From: Eremomyces bilateralis CBS 781.70
Lineage: Eukaryota
Direction: 5' to 3' (one strand)
Assembly: GCA_010015585.1 (NCBI GenBank)
Contig: ML975177.1
DNA length: 62,240 nucleotides
The position numbers and the translations under genes were made by a program. Shown here piece after piece: positions 60,614-62,240 of this stretch. Numbering within the stretch: the stretch's first letter is position 1; every line of letters starts with the position of its first letter. Under the pieces are notes generated by a model. That model saw only the letters and a program-made list of their open reading frames with translations. It was not told the DNA's origin and did no database searches.

Positions 60614-62239
60614 TCACCTTGCGTTAGAGTCTAGAACGCCGAGGACGACCCGTTTCGTTTCTACTTCCCCCCCCCGGGTTAATATGGGACGTTTCAAGGC
60701 CCGATTACCATCAATTACACCTGATACCTCATTCTCGCCGTCTTCGAGAACACCTGACCTAGCAGAAGAATAATCTACGTTTGTAGATGTCATCAACCTA
60801 CCCATAGATGTAAATGACGAGTTCGCTGATACTATGGTCATTGGTAGGGTAGGTAGATGGGAAGAGCACGAGGCTGACACCTCCCTTGCCTGAGCAATGA
60901 TCCGCTCTAGCGAGGAAACGTACTCTTCTCGCTCACGCGCGAGTAATACTCTTCGTTCCTGATCAGGAGTTATCAGAGTCTCTGCTTCTATAGACAATCT
61001 TCTCTTCCGACCTCTGTGTTGAGATACTTGCTGTTCGACTGTGGGATGAGCGTGTTCGAATGGCGCCCTTCGTATTAGAACTTGAGCTGCCGCTGCGGTT
61101 CCTGGTGTATAGCGTCCGGGCCAGTTCCTCACTACATAGGACTTGATTTTATTGAACTCTTCGAACAGCTCATGGGAATGGTCTTTCATCCAAGCCGATT
61201 TCGTAAACTTCTCCAACTCAGCAGCCGAGCGGATGTTCGTATACTCTCTCGATATTGATATCCACTCTTCCTTCGGCGCGAATAACCGTGCTGAGAGTTC
61301 TGGCTTCATCATCCGATGTGCCGAATTCACAACGTTATCTCCCCAGAGGGTCAGGCGGTCATAAAATGCGCCGGATGCCGTTCCAGTCTGGGGCTTACGA
61401 AGACCAGTTGTGGTATCCCATGGGAAAGGTACCGCCCGCGCCAGATCTGGGTTACAGACATTACAGCACTCCTGCGGTTCAGGAGCCGGTAACCTAGATG
61501 CTGGATCCGATAGACTCTCTTGTAGCCAATCCATTAGGATTCGGCGTAGGCATGCGGATCGATTAACAAGATTGAATAGCGCCGGACAGTCATCGTGTAG
61601 GTCTGTTCGGCGTTCTCTCTCCGTTTTGCGTCGGTGCTGCTCTCCTGGTATATCATATTTAATGGCGTCTACGGCAATATCCGATTCATCATCTAGGATG
61701 TCACCGCCCACTCCTGGATCAGCAGAGTACGACTGAGCTAACCGGCTCGTGTTGGAAGGCCGTCTTAAACACGACGGCGTCTGAGTTCTGGATAGAAGCG
61801 CCGGTCTTGTCGATAAGATCCTGTCACCTATCGCCCAACTTTCCACCAAGAAGATGGCCTCTCCTTTAATGCCAGCCATCCTAGCTGCACGGCCAAATCG
61901 TTGGATAAGGACGCATAAGAGTCGTTCCAGAGGGAAGCCGTATTGGACAACTCGTGTGACATCCGAGAGATCTACCCCCGTTCCTAATGATTCTGTGGCC
62001 ACCATAATTCGGATCTTAGAGTCCGCTTTGGAAAACTGGTCGTATATAGCATTCTTGTCGTTTGGAGTAGTGTGTGAATGGTAGACCTGGATAATCTGCT
62101 TGCAGTCGTGGGCCCCGACGGCCCCAGCTGAGAGTTTCTGTAGCCAGCCTCGCAGACATTCCGCACATTTTTGGATATCACGTCGGGAGTCTATAAAGAT
62201 TATAGTCTTCGGAATTCGTTCCGGCGTTGGCGAGCCGTT
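60614..62239 (-). CDS. RecQ-like SF2 helicase, C-terminal part (5' end beyond the window)
   Basis: Frame open to the window edge: PKTIIFIDS (motif IV), QVYHS, IMVATESLGTGVD (V), LIQRFGRAAR (VI), then RecQ Zn-binding CLRRIL...CCNVC. Confidence 0.88.
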   Translation of the reverse strand, partial: NGSPTPERIPKTIIFIDSRRDIQKCAECLRGWLQKLSAGAVGAHDCKQIIQVYHSHTTPNDKNAIYDQFSKADSKIRIMVATESLGTGVDLSDVTRVVQYGFPLERLLCVLIQRFGRAARMAGIKGEAIFLVESWAIGDRILSTRPALLSRTQTPSCLRRPSNTSRLAQSYSADPGVGGDILDDESDIAVDAIKYDIPGEQHRRKTERERRTDLHDDCPALFNLVNRSACLRRILMDWLQESLSDPASRLPAPEPQECCNVCNPDLARAVPFPWDTTTGLRKPQTGTASGAFYDRLTLWGDNVVNSAHRMMKPELSARLFAPKEEWISISREYTNIRSAAELEKFTKSAWMKDHSHELFEEFNKIKSYVVRNWPGRYTPGTAAAAQVLIRRAPFEHAHPTVEQQVSQHRGRKRRLSIEAETLITPDQERRVLLAREREEYVSSLERIIAQAREVSASCSSHLPTLPMTIVSANSSFTSMGRLMTSTNVDYSSARSGVLEDGENEVSGVIDGNRALKRPILTRGGEVETKRVVLGVLDSNAR

Positions 62240-62240
62240 T

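Larger units (their letters stand above)
57400..62240. mobile_element. Putative DNA transposon (DUF6589-like transposase plus RecQ-like helicase); boundaries undefined
   Basis: A DDE-like gene and a helicase converge with 65 bp between stop codons, preceded by clustered inverted repeats. Composition is visibly less GC-rich than the core genes. No TSD or terminal pair is visible in the window. Confidence 0.5.

Noticed and set aside
51513..62240. Starship, Helitron or telomere-linked helicase interpretation
   Set aside because: No DUF3435 tyrosine recombinase, no HUH-Rep/Pif1 motifs and no telomeric repeat arrays in the window; cannot be excluded beyond the right edge.
1..62240. tRNA, rRNA or CRISPR arrays
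   Set aside because: No cloverleaf with A/B boxes, rRNA-like sequence or repeat-spacer array was seen by eye; tRNAscan-SE was not run.

Overview
Genomic DNA from a filamentous ascomycete (Pezizomycotina-type), with short GT-AG introns and CTRAY branch points. Bases 1 to ~51.5 kb are gene-dense and mostly housekeeping. In order: FSH1-family serine hydrolase, AIG1/FAR-17a-like membrane protein, SEC20, MRPL44, IPP1, a conserved hypothetical, a glycine-rich RRM protein, a DUF2415-like WD40 protein, a class IV chitin synthase head-to-head with its Sel1-repeat activator, RPE1, a large methyltransferase-fold protein, a ferric/cupric reductase, a small mitochondrial-like membrane protein, a HECT_2 (IPA1/UBE3D-like) gene, a CYSTM peptide and a PI-phospholipase C. 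The first HECT_2 intron holds a box H/ACA RNA whose 5' pocket matches the U2 snRNA branch-recognition region (snR81-like). After ~52 kb the sequence looks accessory. It has a spliced 78-aa double-CxxC gene missed by the ORF track, a probably broken orphan gene and a cluster of inverted repeats. It ends with a convergent pair, a DUF6589-like DDE-type protein and a RecQ-like helicase, running off the right edge; this is the best candidate for a poorly described large DNA transposon. All family calls come from motif recognition by eye; no searches were run.
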